A stretch of DNA of 63,030 nucleotides, counting the filler, from Octopus bimaculoides (Eukaryota), in the NCBI RefSeq assembly GCF_001194135.2. It is 5 parts of 5 records of this genome, joined end to end, with 100 filler letters (N's around TTAATTAATTAA, not from the genome) between each part and the next. Parts side by side here need not be neighbours in the genome. Positions count along the whole stretch, not along the records: positions 30,525 to 47,252 come from NC_068983.1; positions 47,353 to 58,473 come from NC_068984.1; 3 more parts are not named here. One strand, written 5' to 3'. Made by a program: the position numbers and the translations under genes. Below, piece after piece: positions 36,010 to 49,899 of the stretch. The notes under the pieces were generated by a model that was not told the DNA's origin, searched no databases, and worked only from the letters and a program-made list of their open reading frames with translations. Every line of letters starts with the position of its first letter. The first letter of the stretch is position 1.

Positions 36010-37399
36010 CAGAGAGAGAGAGAGAGAGAGAGAGATTAATTCATATATATATATACATATAGACACATATTAATTCATATATAAATATATATTGACTTAT
36101 TTATTCGCATACGTGCCCACACACACATATAATTCATTATTTGATATAAAATAATTACGTAATGCACACATTCAATTCAGTATACAGACTGTTTTAAATA
36201 TTATAGAAATATGGATTCAACAAAACAGAAGTAATTTAATTTCACTTTTATAACAATATTTGGAGCAAGCAAATTTAATAATAGAATATAGGTTATATAC
36301 AAAATATCTGAACGCAGGAGACAGTAACCTTGTTCTTGAAAGGGAATTATTGAATGTAGCATCATACAGAGTTTGTCCAGTAGAGAATGATCTGGTAAAA
36401 TGTATGCTCTATTGAAGCATAAGTATTATAGAGTATTATAATAGAAATCGGTCACCCGATTCTTCGTTGACCTCGTGAAACCAGCGATCGGCAACTCGAA
36501 ACTGTTCCTCCGAACTACAAACTAGCTTGAATGACTAGAGTCATTGGAACGTTGGACAAAATGTTCCATGGTATTTGTTCCGACTAACTTTAAACTGTGT
36601 TCAAATTTTGTCGTGGTCAATATTGCTTTTCATCCTTTCGAGGCCGATAAAAAAGTCTTAGATCAGTGAGTTAGACTAGCGGGAATTCAAAAACATTGGA
36701 CTGAATGTATTGTGGTTTAGTTGCGAATCTTTGTGTTCTCAGTTCAAATTCCGCTATTATCTACTTGGGCTGTAGACTTAGACCGTCACCCGGCTTAACA
36801 CCACCACCTGTTACCTTAGGTGGCTTTAGCGAGAAGCCACTCTGCTGCAAATACTCGGATTAGGTTTCTGCTTTCAAGATACTTTCCTCACATCCTCTCA
36901 CCGGTCTCGGAGGAGCGGTTATGGGCACAACCGACTATCTGGACGAAAAAGGATAATAAAAGTACAAGATTCGGCAAAGTTTTCCCTAATCTTCTATATC
37001 TCACCTCCTCCCCACGCCTCCAATGGTATTGGGAAAGATAAAGTCCGATACAGCTTCACACGAGAGACTTTCAGGCGTTGCATTCAGCACCGAGACTATA
37101 AAGTATCAGCCATCAGCCACCCTGAACTGTCAACACTTTATTTATCGACACCGAAAACTGGGGTGGATTGGAGAATCGTTAGAGCTTCGTTCATAATGAC
37201 TGAATATTTTGTGTTCAAATCTCGATGGACTGAATTTTTTCCTTCATTTCCTTGTCGATAAGAAAGAAGTACAAGTTTAGTACTGGAGTTGATGTTAGCG
37301 ACATAGCCTCTCCAATCGAAGTTACTGGTCTTGTACCTAAACTAAAAATAATTTATTCATCCAAAGGGTCCAGCCCTTATTGCATTGCAGTACCTTTTG

Positions 37400-37800
37400 T
37401 GCCTCAGTGATGTGAGAAAAGATATGCCAGCGGAGTGCCAGCTCTTGGTAGGGCTACACACACTACACAGTTCAAATGATAGAGGCCAGATTAATGTGGA
37501 CCACTTCTTCGTAGAGGTAGAAACTGGTTTGCACCTCTTCCTAGAAAAAGTAAAGTTACAGAAGCACCATTGGTAATTCAAAACAAAGGAAACCTGGGTG
37601 AATAAGTTCTTCTCTTCAGTGAAACATATGACCTGGAAGCTACAAGAGAGGGAGAAAAGAATGCGCCCTAAATATATTTGTAGACGGGATACTGAAGCAA
37701 AGCTGAAAAAGTAGGGATCCAACTCAAGGGATGCAGAACAGACAACCCAGAGTCGAAAACATTGGAGAAATGCCGTTGATGGTCTGTGATCCTTAAACAT
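37400..37800 (+). mobile_element. RTE LINE 3-prime remnant
   Basis: RPKYICRRDTEAKLKK*..QSRKHWRNAVDGL. Confidence 0.6.
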
Positions 37801-38599
37801 AGAAGAAAGTGGAATAAAAGCAAGGTTAAATTCGATGGATTTGAATTCAGAGTAGAAACGACTAGAACAAAAAGTACCAGTATACTTTCTCTGAAAATTT
37901 GACGCCGCAGCAATTTATCGCTTCTACTTATATAAACTTGATGAAAGGTAAAAATAGAACGAGATGTGTTTTCGTGGAAGTCAATGCAATAATATCATGA
38001 TAGAAATTAAGCGTAGTATTGTACCAATATCAGGAATTATCGGGATTTGTTTTACATAGTTGAATACCTTTATCGTGCTAGTTATACGCTGGTCACTTTA
38101 AACTTTATCATTCGTACTTCGAAATTGATGAAGTGGATTGTAGACTTTCTTGGATTAAGTGAAATATGACATTCCCACATACGGGATTTCTGTTTTTTTT
38201 TTCTTGTTTTTTTTTTTTTTTTTTTTTTNNNNNNNNNNNNNNNNNNNNNNNNNNNNNNNNNNNNNNNNNNNNNNNNNNNNNNNNNNNNNNNNNNNNNNNN
38301 NNNNNNNNNNNNNNNNNNNNNNNNNNNNNNNNNNNNNNNNNNNNNNNNNNNNNNNCTGAGTTCAAATTCCGCCAAGGTCGACTTTGCCTTTCATCCTTCC
38401 AGGGTCAATAAAATAATTGCCAGTTGAACACTGCGGTCGATGTAATCGACTTACTCCCTTCTCAAAACCTGTTGGCCTCGAGCCAAGATTTGAGACCTTT
38501 ATTATCACTGTTATTTACTTTTACTCTGCATGTTTGATGCAATCACTTGCCGGGGCACATCCAGCGCCCTGGGGCAAGTGAAGGTTCAGAGATGTTGAC

Positions 38600-39180
38600 A
38601 TATAATTGAAAGCTTGGGGAAGGGAAGAAGCGAGGGTAGCAGAGAATTACCTCCATATGACACAACACAAACGTCTAAATTGACAGTGTTTTTCTAAGGA
38701 TGTGGGCAATACTTGTCTGCACAATCTTTTGGATTTCCTTGAGACATGGTTCTCCAGGGATGTTATCTAAATGTTTCTGGCATCCCTTTTTATCATATCT
38801 AGGGCGCCTACAATAACAGGAACGGTTTTTGCTTTAAGGTACCACATCTTTTGTATTTCAATTTCCAGGTCCTTATATTTACTAAGATTGTCAAATTCCT
38901 TTACAGATATATTTTTTAACAATAATAACACTTACATCTACTTGTTTGCAAGTATTTTCTTCTCTGTCTTTAATAATTATGTCTGGTCGATTAGCCTTGG
39001 CATTCTGTTAGTGTTGACGGGAAAATTCCAGAGCATGGTAGCAGTTTTACCTTCAACGACTGGCTCAGAATGATGTTCATACCAGTAAGGAGTGCCTAAT
39101 TTGTAGTGTTTACATATTTTCCAATGTAGATGCTGTCCTACCCAATCGTAGTGATTTTCGTATTCCTTTAGTGTCATCAA
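38600..39180 (-). mobile_element. R4/Dong REL-domain 3-prime fragment
   Basis: HLHWKICKHY, LWNFPV, ANRPDIII, VPVIVGAL and EIQKIV..AHILRKTL. Confidence 0.85.
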
Positions 39181-39326
<146 letters not shown>

Positions 39327-41129
39327 TGCCGTGGTCGACTTTGCCATTCATCCTTTCGGGGTCGATAAAATGACTACTAGTAAAACACTGAGGTCGATGT
39401 AATCGACTAGTCTCCTCCCCCGTAATTTCAGGCCTTGTCCTTTTAGTAGAATGGATTATTGATACCAAAGCTTTCTTAATTATTGGTGATTCGCTGCACT
39501 GGCTTCGGTCGTGTACGCTTTTTTTTGGCAATTTGTTGTCCACGTGCCAAAATGCAAAATACGTATTACATATAATTTTAACTACTTCAAGTCGAGCAAA
39601 TTTCAACCTCTGGCCATTTGAACGTATGTTTAACTGAATCACCTCAAATAATAATGGATTTTCCTTTCTAAACAATAGTATGATTCGAGACCTTTCTAAT
39701 ATTTACTACAGTTAATTTGTTTCGGGTTCTTGGCAGCTTTATTTACTGTTTCCTAAATAGCAACTGAACAACTTTTCAATAGCATAATTTAATGACACTA
39801 TCGCATGAATAATTATCAGAAAAATCATTGTTGAACTGATAATGGTACCTACTCTGGAACACAATAACTCTGCTATCAGCTTATCAAAGCATCAAGGTTT
39901 CCTATTGGTTTTGGAAATAAAAGATTTCATTGAACAGTACTGATTTCTCGCGCAGTTAAATCGGTAAGAGGTAACGTTGTTTCTACACCAGTCACTCACT
40001 GGTGTAACGAAGGTTGTCTTTACTCCAGTAGAAACTGAACGTTGAATACCGATGACATTCTAAAATATTACTGCAACTCTCAGAAGTGAAGTGGATCGCT
40101 TACAATATCTACCCTATATAGCTGGTTAGGATAGGATTAAAAGAAAGATTATGTTGGTTGTACGTCTATCATGGCGTGAGTTAACATGAGAACAAAATCT
40201 TATTATTGGATGATGATAAATCACGCATCGTTATTTACAGTAATAAACTAATACGTCTTGTACAACCTGGAAACAATTACATGGACTCGGTATTTCCTTT
40301 TTCGACGTCCCCATTGTGGTAACAACTCAGTGTCATTGACAACACATAAGCTGATGTTATTTTTGGCTGAATATCCAGTGACATTACTGACTAAGCCGTT
40401 CTCTTTTCCACGGCCCTGTTATAGAGTTTGTTTATTTACACATACGACGGGAGATTTAAACTAGAGTCAATTATGTTTTTGTTTTTGTCATTGATAGAGG
40501 AAGAGAAAGAAGTAGAGAGAGAGGTTAATTTCTTTCTAGCTTTCCGTCTCTCTTAAGCAAATGCATGCGCGCGCACATTTTCGCATACAATACATACATA
40601 CACACATATATGCACATACAAAAATATCAGTTGTCATCGGATGTGTCAACTTGGGGTGTATTTAGGAAGTATGTATCGAGCACTCATCAAACCATTTGTT
40701 ACCCTTTAAGGAAGCTACCTTGTAGAATCACTGCACGCCGGACAAAATGCTTAGCGGTATTTCGTCCATCTTTACTTTCTGAGTTCAAATTCCACTCAGA
40801 ACAATTTTGCCTTTCATCCCTTCGGGGTGATGAAATAAATACCAGTTGAGCACTGATGTCGACGAAATCGACTAGCTCCCTCCCACAGAATGCTATATTT
40901 AGCATTTTGCCTGTAGCAAAAATGGTTATTATTTGCTTCCCAACTGTCCAATTATGCAAAAAGCAACAACGATTTATAAACATTTTAATTTTAATTTTTA
41001 TATACATTTTTTTATGTGTAAAAACAAATTTGTACAAGACAGAAGCAGTGTACGAAAATATGAAGGTAGAATACAAAGAAATAGTGAATAGGAGATACAC
41101 ATGAAGAGAGGAAGTGAAGAGAGAGAGAA

Positions 41130-41233
<104 letters not shown>

Positions 41234-43411
41234 TCCTGGAGATAAAAAGAGAAATAGGAAGATATAGATACATACAGAGAAAGAAGTAGAAAACGAGAGG
41301 CGAAGAACGCTGGTGATTTTGCGATGGTTTATTTACTTTTCATCATTATTTCCTATAGCAGATTCCAAATAACAATTGTTTTTTCTGAGGCCTTTTTTTC
41401 GTACAATTCATGTGTTAAGCATCGTCTCAGTAATTTTCAGTCGCTTCGTATATCCGATAGAAACACTGAAACGCTATATACGATGTCAATAAAAGAGAGA
41501 AAAGAAAACATACTTTCTGTACAAATTGGAATTGCTGACGTTTGAAATATCGAAGTCTGAAGACTGTTTTGAACTAAAAATGCTAAATATAGCAATTCGA
41601 CTGCAGTTTATGAATTATGTATTTAGAAGTATAATATTTATTGTAGTAACTCAAAGAAATCTAAGTTAGATTTATATATATCCAACTATTACTAGTCCTA
41701 GTTTTAAATACGCTGGTTTCATCGACTTATATACTTCATTTACACAAATAATTCATTGAAAGTCCTCATTGAGTGAAAATCTAATGTAGTTTACATAATG
41801 TCTCCGTCGTCTTTAATTAGAACGCTACTATGGTAAAAAGAGGATTCAAATTGAAATTATAGAAGAAAGCTTTAAATTGTATTTCACCTTAATTGATTTC
41901 GCTGTCAATAACCTTTGGATCAAAATAAACTTCAGTTCTACACAATTTCACAATGTTTAGTACTGTGTGAAGTTATTAGTGCTACTGCAATTTTCAAAAC
42001 TGTGGCTATAAATGTTGTACATACTGTGTGGTAAGGATGTCCTAGACATATTAATGTTGAGGCAATATTTTGTTCGTTTGTACATTATTTAGTAAATTTA
42101 AGATAGCTATTAGTTCCATATCAATTTCAAATTGTTACTTAATTGAGACATGAATATAAAGGCTCGCAGCGGTGCACGGCAATATTTCGATAAACTCTAT
42201 AACACGCGACACGATAAAATTATCTTGATCTTTTTTTCTCACATCAGCTAATCATTTGAATGTTGAAACTAATTACAGATTTCTATTTTCAGTATTAGGA
42301 TATTAATACAATATTGCTCTGTAATTTACTAACGACGTATACTTAATGGGATTCCAAGCTTCATTTATTCATCCATCTTCATACAAATATTGGTAGATAT
42401 ACAGGTATGGCGAAGCGAAACTGAATAATATGTTCAAAGAAACACTTCGTTGTAATTAACTATTTGGGTGACTTTCGCAGCGAATTTTAGTTCTGGACCG
42501 AGGATCACTCCTAAAATGTTACTCTCTTCTGTTTCACTTAATCCATAAACGATTTTTATTGTCAATTAAATATTGCTTGAATCTATCCTGATTCAGAGAC
42601 AAATATTTTTTTTATCGGTTAATTTGTGGAATTAAAAAAAGGGATAACGTTGATGTATGTTTAGAGATACCGACAGTATTGCACTGACGTGATGTAGTAC
42701 ACTATTGGTTTCTATCTACCTATATTTCCAAATGTTACGCATTCATCAATCTGTATTACACGGGCACACACACACACACNNNNNNNNNNNNNNNNNNNNN
42801 NNNNNNNNNNNNNNNNNNNNNNNNNNNNNNNNNNNNNNNNNNNNNNNNNNNNNNNNNNNNNNNNNNNNNNNNNNNNNNNNNNNNNNNNNNNNNNNNNNNN
42901 NNNNNNNNNNNNNNNNNNNNNNNNNNNNNNNNNNNNNNNNNNNNNNNNNNNNNNNCCCACACGCTTACCCCCCCACACGCATATAGCTAGAATAAAAAGA
43001 AACTATAGAACACATACCGAACACAGTGCTGCAACAATGTTATTGAGTGAAGCTTTGGAGAATTTTTGATGAATTCGATTGAAGAAGGTGTTCGTTGTGT
43101 ATCAGTTTCAAATGCTTCCGAAGTATCTAAGGACATACAAAAGGTCCCCTTCTCAGGCCAGAAGAAAGAAAGCTAGACAATTTGAGAACTAGTCTCAATC
43201 TTGATAAGCGTTCATAGTTTTCTAATAAAATGTAATCTGCTGTAGTATAGGCTTATGCATTAGGAATACAAACACCAATGGTTGGATCGAAACAAGTAAG
43301 AAATAACGAAATGTTCAAGGAACGTCGTATTACAGCTGAAGCAGAAGTGCAAGGCACAGGAACCATGGATTGTATGATGTATGGTATTCCCATAATCACC
43401 ATCACCCAGAA

Positions 43412-44038
43412 GATTATAGCAGCAGCCCAAAATTCGACATCGGTGAAATAAACACATGCGGTAAATATTGCGGTGGCAAGCAGTGACCGACAAAAGAACC
43501 AGTTTTGTGCTGTTCAAGAGGCAAAGTCAAGCTGCCATCAAGTCCAGACCCTCTTCAATTTCCCTAGAATATAAACATTCATGCGGTAAAAGAAGCATAA
43601 GTTTTTTCAAAGATACCTTCGGAAATACAATTCAGCATTTTAGGTAAAAATAAATTTGAGCTAATGAGAGCAAGACAGACATATCATTCTGTAAAGCTGA
43701 TTGAGTTCAGGGTTTGTGGTACCATTTAATGGGTTACTCTAGTAATATTTGAAGAGTGTAACAAAACTGTGATGAGGCATGTAAAACGAAGATGCACTAA
43801 TGTCAATAGCGGATTGCAGCTGTACATAGAAAATTACAGAAAACTCTTCACCAAATGCACATGAATGTGAAAAATGTCAAATGTGCACTGGAATTGAGAA
43901 GCGATACTGGGAATCACAGAAATCATCATCAATTATCATCCACACACACCAGATTGCAGATTCTTAATGCAAGTACAAGCAAGTGTCAATGATGAAATTG
44001 CCATCGTAATCGTTGCTGAATAGCAATAACTACGTGAC
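43412..44038 (+). mobile_element. Helitron Rep N-terminal region remnant
   Basis: Broken frames give CGKYCGGKQ*PTKEPVLCCSRGKVKLP, FQRYLRKYNSAF and DEIAIVIVAE..LRD, matching Helitron C..C.A..W..E..CC..GKV.LP, IR.YNSAF and EVA.VIVG..RD. Confidence 0.7.
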
Positions 44039-44393
44039 TGTTTTGTAAAAAAAGTGAAGAAATTTGGAGAGAATACGTGAAACTGTCAGCGTCAATGAAT
44101 CTGCCGACGAGTAATTCTAGCACCGAAAAATATGGCTGTAAAAAGATATCAACAGGACACTATGGGACATACCTCGAGTAAAAAAGATGTTGCTCCAAGT
44201 CAATAGACATGGTCAATTCCCTGGATCAAGATTTAAATTCACCAACTGAATTTCTGAACAACCGCGAACCAGTAAGGAACCACCCCATAAAATTTGAATA
44301 TAATTTGTGANNNNNNNNNNNNNNNNNNNNNNNNNNNNNNNNNNNNNNNNNNNNNNNNNNNNNNNNNNNNNNNNNNNNNNNNNNNNNNNNNNN

Positions 44394-44426
<33 letters not shown>

Positions 44427-44459
44427 GAAGAATGTAAAGTTCTGTATACACGTAGGATA

Positions 44460-44845
44460 GGTATATAACACTACCTTGCATTTCCACTTACAACTCTAGA
44501 AACAAAGAAGCGTTCAGCACAACCATACAAAACCTACGAATACTACACAGGGACCCAAAACTAAAAAGAATTTTACGTGACATTAAAATTGTCAAAAGCA
44601 ACAAACAACCTAAGTCATTAGAGAAACTGCTAACTAATGCAAAATTATTCCCCTCCACAACAAGCCCCAAAGTAAACAAAATGTAATCGCCCCAACTGTG
44701 GTACAAGCCCCAACATTTTGGAAGGCTCATAATACTATTTTAAACAAGGGCAACACTTTACAATTAAATCAAATTTCACTTGTGCATCCGAAAATCTGAC
44801 CTACGTAATCAGATGCTCGGGCTGCCAGAAAGACTATATCGGTAG
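44460..44845 (+). mobile_element. Penelope-like GIY-YIG linker/endonuclease remnant
   Basis: KSNKQPKSLEKLL, CNRPNCGTSP and FTCASENLTYVIRCSGCQKDYIG. Confidence 0.8.
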
Positions 44846-45249
44846 CTCGGGGAATTCTATCCGCTAGAAGAAATAAAATGGTGTAAAGCAATGCAATCTT
44901 CTCATCAGGAAAAGAAAGAAACCAAACACATCAATAAGACATTTTAACAGAATGTGATTACTGCGTATGTGATGAAAGGAATACTATCATTTAAAAAAAA
45001 AAAACCGTTAGTGGATACAACGTCAAGGAAGTTTATAGAAAGAGAAGGAGGAGAAAAAAAGAAATTAGCAGAAAACTAATAGGGGAGAGATATAGAGTGA
45101 CAGGTGAATTGAAACAAAGGCATGGAAGTAGATATATTTAGTGGAAATGAAATGTAAGAAGACAGTCAAAAATCGAATTTTATAGAATGGTAGAAATCAC
45201 TTATAGGAACTAAAGGTATGTTTCTACCAATGTTTGCAATGATAAACGC

Positions 45250-45850
45250 GTTCTATAAACGTGTTTACAAGAGGATTCTCTGAGAACAGGATAAAGTATA
45301 TTTCACTGTTATAAAGAGAACAACAAGATTTATCTTTATCATAAGGTAAAGATATAGAGAGAATATTCTATTCCCAATCAAATTGTGTATTATGATCTTT
45401 TAGATACCAGATCAATTTACTAAGCCCAGTATTGTTACGTTTATTAATATGCCTAAATGTAGAGTAACGGTTAGATATTCTTTTGGATAACTACCTATAT
45501 AAAAAAGACGTCAGAACCGTAGAGTTTCTAGTCTTGGAATTACTGCTAAGAAAGCGAATGCGATTGGAGTCAATTTAGGAAACAATAATCCCGATGTTAT
45601 TATTATTTAAAGAATGGTTAGTGTTAACAAAATCAGTGTTAGTATTTTCATTAAGGGGATTTGTATTTAACAACTGATTATTATGTGAAGAGGTGATTTG
45701 TAAAAGATTTTTTGTGTTAGAAAAATTTATCCTGATCCGGTGTGAATTAATAATCGAATAGTATCTTAAATTTCTTGGGAAATTCTTTTCTATAGCTTCA
45801 TGAAACTCATAAGGGAGGTTGGATTTCATGTGCTTACCTATGGCAAACAG
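45250..45850 (-). mobile_element. Second Hydra-type Penelope-like remnant (EN region)
   Basis: AIEKNFPRNLRYYSIINSHRIRINFSNTKNLLQITSSHN, YIGS and NTGLSKLIWYLKDHN parallel the 54400-56370 element. Confidence 0.65.
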
Positions 45851-47368
45851 TTTTGCTAGGACATAGCTTATTAGGGTAATTATTTTTAAAAGTAGTCGAT
45901 GTATTTTTTAATGAAACAAAGGTATTAAATAACAGTTATCGCCCTTAAGCTGCAGAATTACATTACTCGATGTGGTGTTATTTGAAATAAAATTAATATT
46001 GTTAATATCGTTACAACTTGATTTCATGTCTTGACTAATAGAAGTAGAAATAATGTCAACAGGGTTAATATATATTTGATGTGTTTCAGTATGTACAGCA
46101 GTTTTCGACTGCCTATGTGATCATTTGTCTGTTCTCTTGGCAATTTGAGGATTATACTGACGATTATAATGTAGCAATAACATAGTTGATAAAAAATACA
46201 GGGCAGTTTTATTCCTCTCTCACAAAAATGTTAGCGCCTGAGGTGATAAATGTCTCAAGGAACTTGATTTTCTGTTTAATGTTACCTTTCTACATAACGT
46301 ATATATATGTTGAGTCAACTTAATTTGATTAAGAAGGTTTAATATTTCTTACATAGTATTAACTTGAGCTGTTCACACAAACCGAGACTTGAGCAATTCA
46401 CACAACGGAGCTATAATGTTGGACAAAATTCCAATATGTCTTACTGTTATTCGTTACACTCCTCAACACACTTGTTTCAAATTCACTGGCAAATGCGTTC
46501 TCTGCATTATTTTTCCGGATTTATTCTATTGTATTGATTTATTCGACGGTATGGTTTCCCCGTAGGTATAAATTGGACCTGTGCCAAAGTTTAAAATCAA
46601 TATTGTCCACGTTGGAAACAAACAACACGCGAAATGTCTTCTTTACTGAGATATTAAGGAAGGTAAAACATCAAGATTATACATAATATTATAATTTTTC
46701 GACTAATTAGCTTCCTTTAGGGATACAAATGCCCATTCATCCACCCATCCATCCAAATTGTTAGCAGGTGTAAACACACGGACAAGTTTCTTTCATCGAA
46801 TTGGAAGGCACAACCCGCTCCGGATTGAGTTGCTGTCTCGAAGACTTTGACATATTTCTGATATTTTGTTCTATGCCAGTTCTATTTAACGAACCTTCTG
46901 CAGTCAGGGAGCACGAGGATTTTAGTTTTCTTGATTTCGTTTCTTTTTTCTCGTTCCATTTTTTCACCAATCGTCTTCACGTTTTTTCCACGTATTTTTC
47001 TTATTTTCTCACCGTCCAGCGTCCTTGCAATCTAAAATATATCTAAACAGAATTGGTTGGAGATGGATGGCTTATTTTATAGATATACCTGTTCAGGTAT
47101 CATAAAAGCATGAAACTATTAGTAACTCTTTTGGTTGTATATTATATGTGTGTGTGTGTATGTGTATATGTGTATATATTGTGTATACATATGTGTATAT
47201 ATTGTGTATATATATGTATATATATGTATGTATATATATGTATATATATATGNNNNNNNNNNNNNNNNNNNNNNNNNNNNNNNNNNNNNNNNNNNNTTAA
47301 TTAATTAANNNNNNNNNNNNNNNNNNNNNNNNNNNNNNNNNNNNNNNNNNNNAGTTCGTGTGTTGAAG

Positions 47369-48748
47369 CATATACAGTTGTGTCTGGGGAGAGTCATTCT
47401 CTTTTAGTGCCTTATAATTTAACACACTCACTGGTAAAATTTCCACTTATTTCCTTCTTTATATTTCTAAACTTTTCGTTGCGTCTTGCAACCTTTTCAA
47501 TAGTTTTGACTCTGTCCGTTATTCAAACTGTGTTCCATTTTGTTTGTTTGTGCGCATGTGTGTAGGTTAGTGTGTGTGTGTGCATATACATGCGTGCATA
47601 TACATGTGTGGGTATACATGTATTCATGTATGTATGTGTGTACATTTGTATGTATATATTCTGCATATTCATGCGTTTGCGTGTCTGTTTGTGTGTTTTT
47701 ATGTATGTATATTTCCTGTTTAGTATTGGGGAAATTTCATTTATGAGGACGTACTCCTGTATTTGTCTGAGTGTTGGGTCTTTTGAGTGCTTGGATAAGA
47801 TGCGGATGTCAAGTTGACCCAGGTTGCCTTCATGTTGGTCCTTTGCATGTTGGTAGAGTATGGAGGACTGTTTTTTGTCGTCATATATCTCAAATGTTCA
47901 TTTAGACGTTCCGCAATGCTCCTAGATGTCTCCCCTATGTATGTCATGTTCTTATGCTATAAACTGCATTTCTAGTTCTACAATTAATGCCAGGGCTAAT
48001 CCTACATGCCATGCAGTTATCGTTGGTGCATATGGTATTCTCAAAGGAGTATGTCCTACATAGTTGTGAAGTGACGGAGTTCCCTGGCTTTTCAACAATC
48101 TTAATGTCGAATTTGGTCTCTTTCAGAGCTTTTCTAAATCTACGGGCTAATTCTCCATGGGCTGTGGCCTCTACAAACATCAATCCTTGATATTCGTCGG
48201 TTTTATACCGTGTTCGCCCTGTTTGCTTTGTCACAAGTTCTTTGTATCCTATTCCAGTCTTTGTTTCTATATCTAGGGCAGATACCACTGATATCATTAC
48301 GTATAATGTTATCTAATTCCTTTCTAGCACCCCTATATACTCGGACCCTAACTTTCTGATCATATCCAGAGAATTGCCTGTGGTGCAAGAAGTTCTGTAT
48401 ATGTTTTTTCGTTTCATAGAGTTCGCATAGTGGCGACACGTTGTTCATTATCCTAAGTCTGCCATCAGTATGTTAATTTTCATGTTGTGTGACAAAGCTG
48501 AGTTCTTGTGAACAACATATTTTGAAGCTATGGGTTTGATGTAATAGGAGTGGAGGAGCTGCACTCTATTGTTCACAGTCTCTAACCAAAGTTCAGTATC
48601 AAGGACGGGGAGTCTATTGAAAAGGTTGCAAGACGCAACGAAAATTTTAGAAAAATAAAGAAGGAAATAAGTGGAAATTTTACCGGTGAATGTGTTAAAT
48701 TATAAGGAACTAAAAGAGAATGACTCTCCCCAGACACAACAGTGTATG
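47369..48748 (-). mobile_element. 5-prime-truncated Penelope-like element (RT thumb plus GIY-YIG) bounded by 135-bp inverted repeats
   Basis: Frameshifted peptides include RLPVLDTELW..HSYYIKPIASKYVVHKNSALS, CTNDNCMAC..CRTRNAVY and TYIGETSRSIAERLNEH. 47369-47503 is the reverse complement of 48614-48748. Confidence 0.85.
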
Positions 48749-48816
48749 ATATATATATATATATATATATAAAAATTTAAGGAATGGAGTAAACGCATGT
48801 TATAACTGCATACTTT

Positions 48817-48902
48817 ATTCCGACATATGTTTCGAAGAATTACAATTTATGCGATCCATAGAAATCGTCGATGTTAAAAATGTAAACTTCTCCTCAGGGA
48901 AT
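48817..48902 (-). ncRNA. Type I hammerhead ribozyme (Penelope/retrozyme type)
   Basis: Minus strand reads ATTCC-CTGAGGA-GAAG..CTTC-GAAA-CATATG-TC-GGAAT. Core is intact, stem I is 5 bp, stem III is the palindrome ACATATGT, the cleavage triplet is GUC, and AATAAA follows. Confidence 0.85.
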
Positions 48903-49343
48903 GTATGGGAACCATCTTAAACGTAAGACATTATGACCGAGTATGATAACTGTAGTTGGATAAGGTTATGACGTAATTCATTTGAAAAAACCGTTAGAGA
49001 TTTGGCCGCTACCAGATAGTAGGTTGGACAAGAAAAGAAAAAAAAACTGGAAGAGATAGAGAGAAAGGAAAATTTAGAGTGGGAGAGTGTATGTGTGTGT
49101 GTGTGTGTGTGTATTCATGTTTTTGTATGAAACTAGATGTGTTTGTATAGATTTTTGTGTACATATATGTATTTTTATTTTTATTTTTATTTTAATTTTT
49201 ACTTTTATTGCTATTATTTATTAAAAAAATATATAAATATGCATATACGTATGCTTAATTGGATGTATGTATCTTTTTGTGCACAGATATATTTATGCAT
49301 AAATTTGGGTATGTGTATGTATGTGTACATATGTGTATGTGTG

Positions 49344-49384
<41 letters not shown>

Positions 49385-49665
49385 ATATATATAGGTGAGT
49401 ATATGTATGTGTATATATGTAGGTATGTATGCGTGTGTATATGGATGTGTATACATGTGTATATGTGCGGGTGTGTATATGTGTGTATATATATGTATAT
49501 ATATATATATGTATGTAGGTGTGTGTATATGTATTTGTATGTATATGTGTATATATGTGTATATATGTATGTATATGTATGTATGTGTATATGTGTATAT
49601 ATATGTATGAATGCATATGTATATATGTGTGTTTATGTTTGTGTGTATATGTGTATATGTGTGTC

Positions 49666-49718
<53 letters not shown>

Positions 49719-49899
49719 CTGTGTGTGTGTGTGTGTTTATATATATGTACTTGTATGTGTGTATGTATGTATATGCATATATATGTATATGTGTATATAN
49801 NNNNNNNNNNNNNNNNNNNNNNNNNNNNNNNNNNNNNNNNNNNNNNNNNNNNNNNNNNNNNNNNNNNNNNNNNNNNNNNNNNNNNNNNNNNNNNNNNNN

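Noticed and set aside
40248-40415. Minus-strand open frame with three N-glycosylation sequons and GRRKR; also short ORFs at 33711-33908 and 34101-34378
   Set aside because: No family match, weak splice support, and lengths expected by chance. RNA-seq would be needed.
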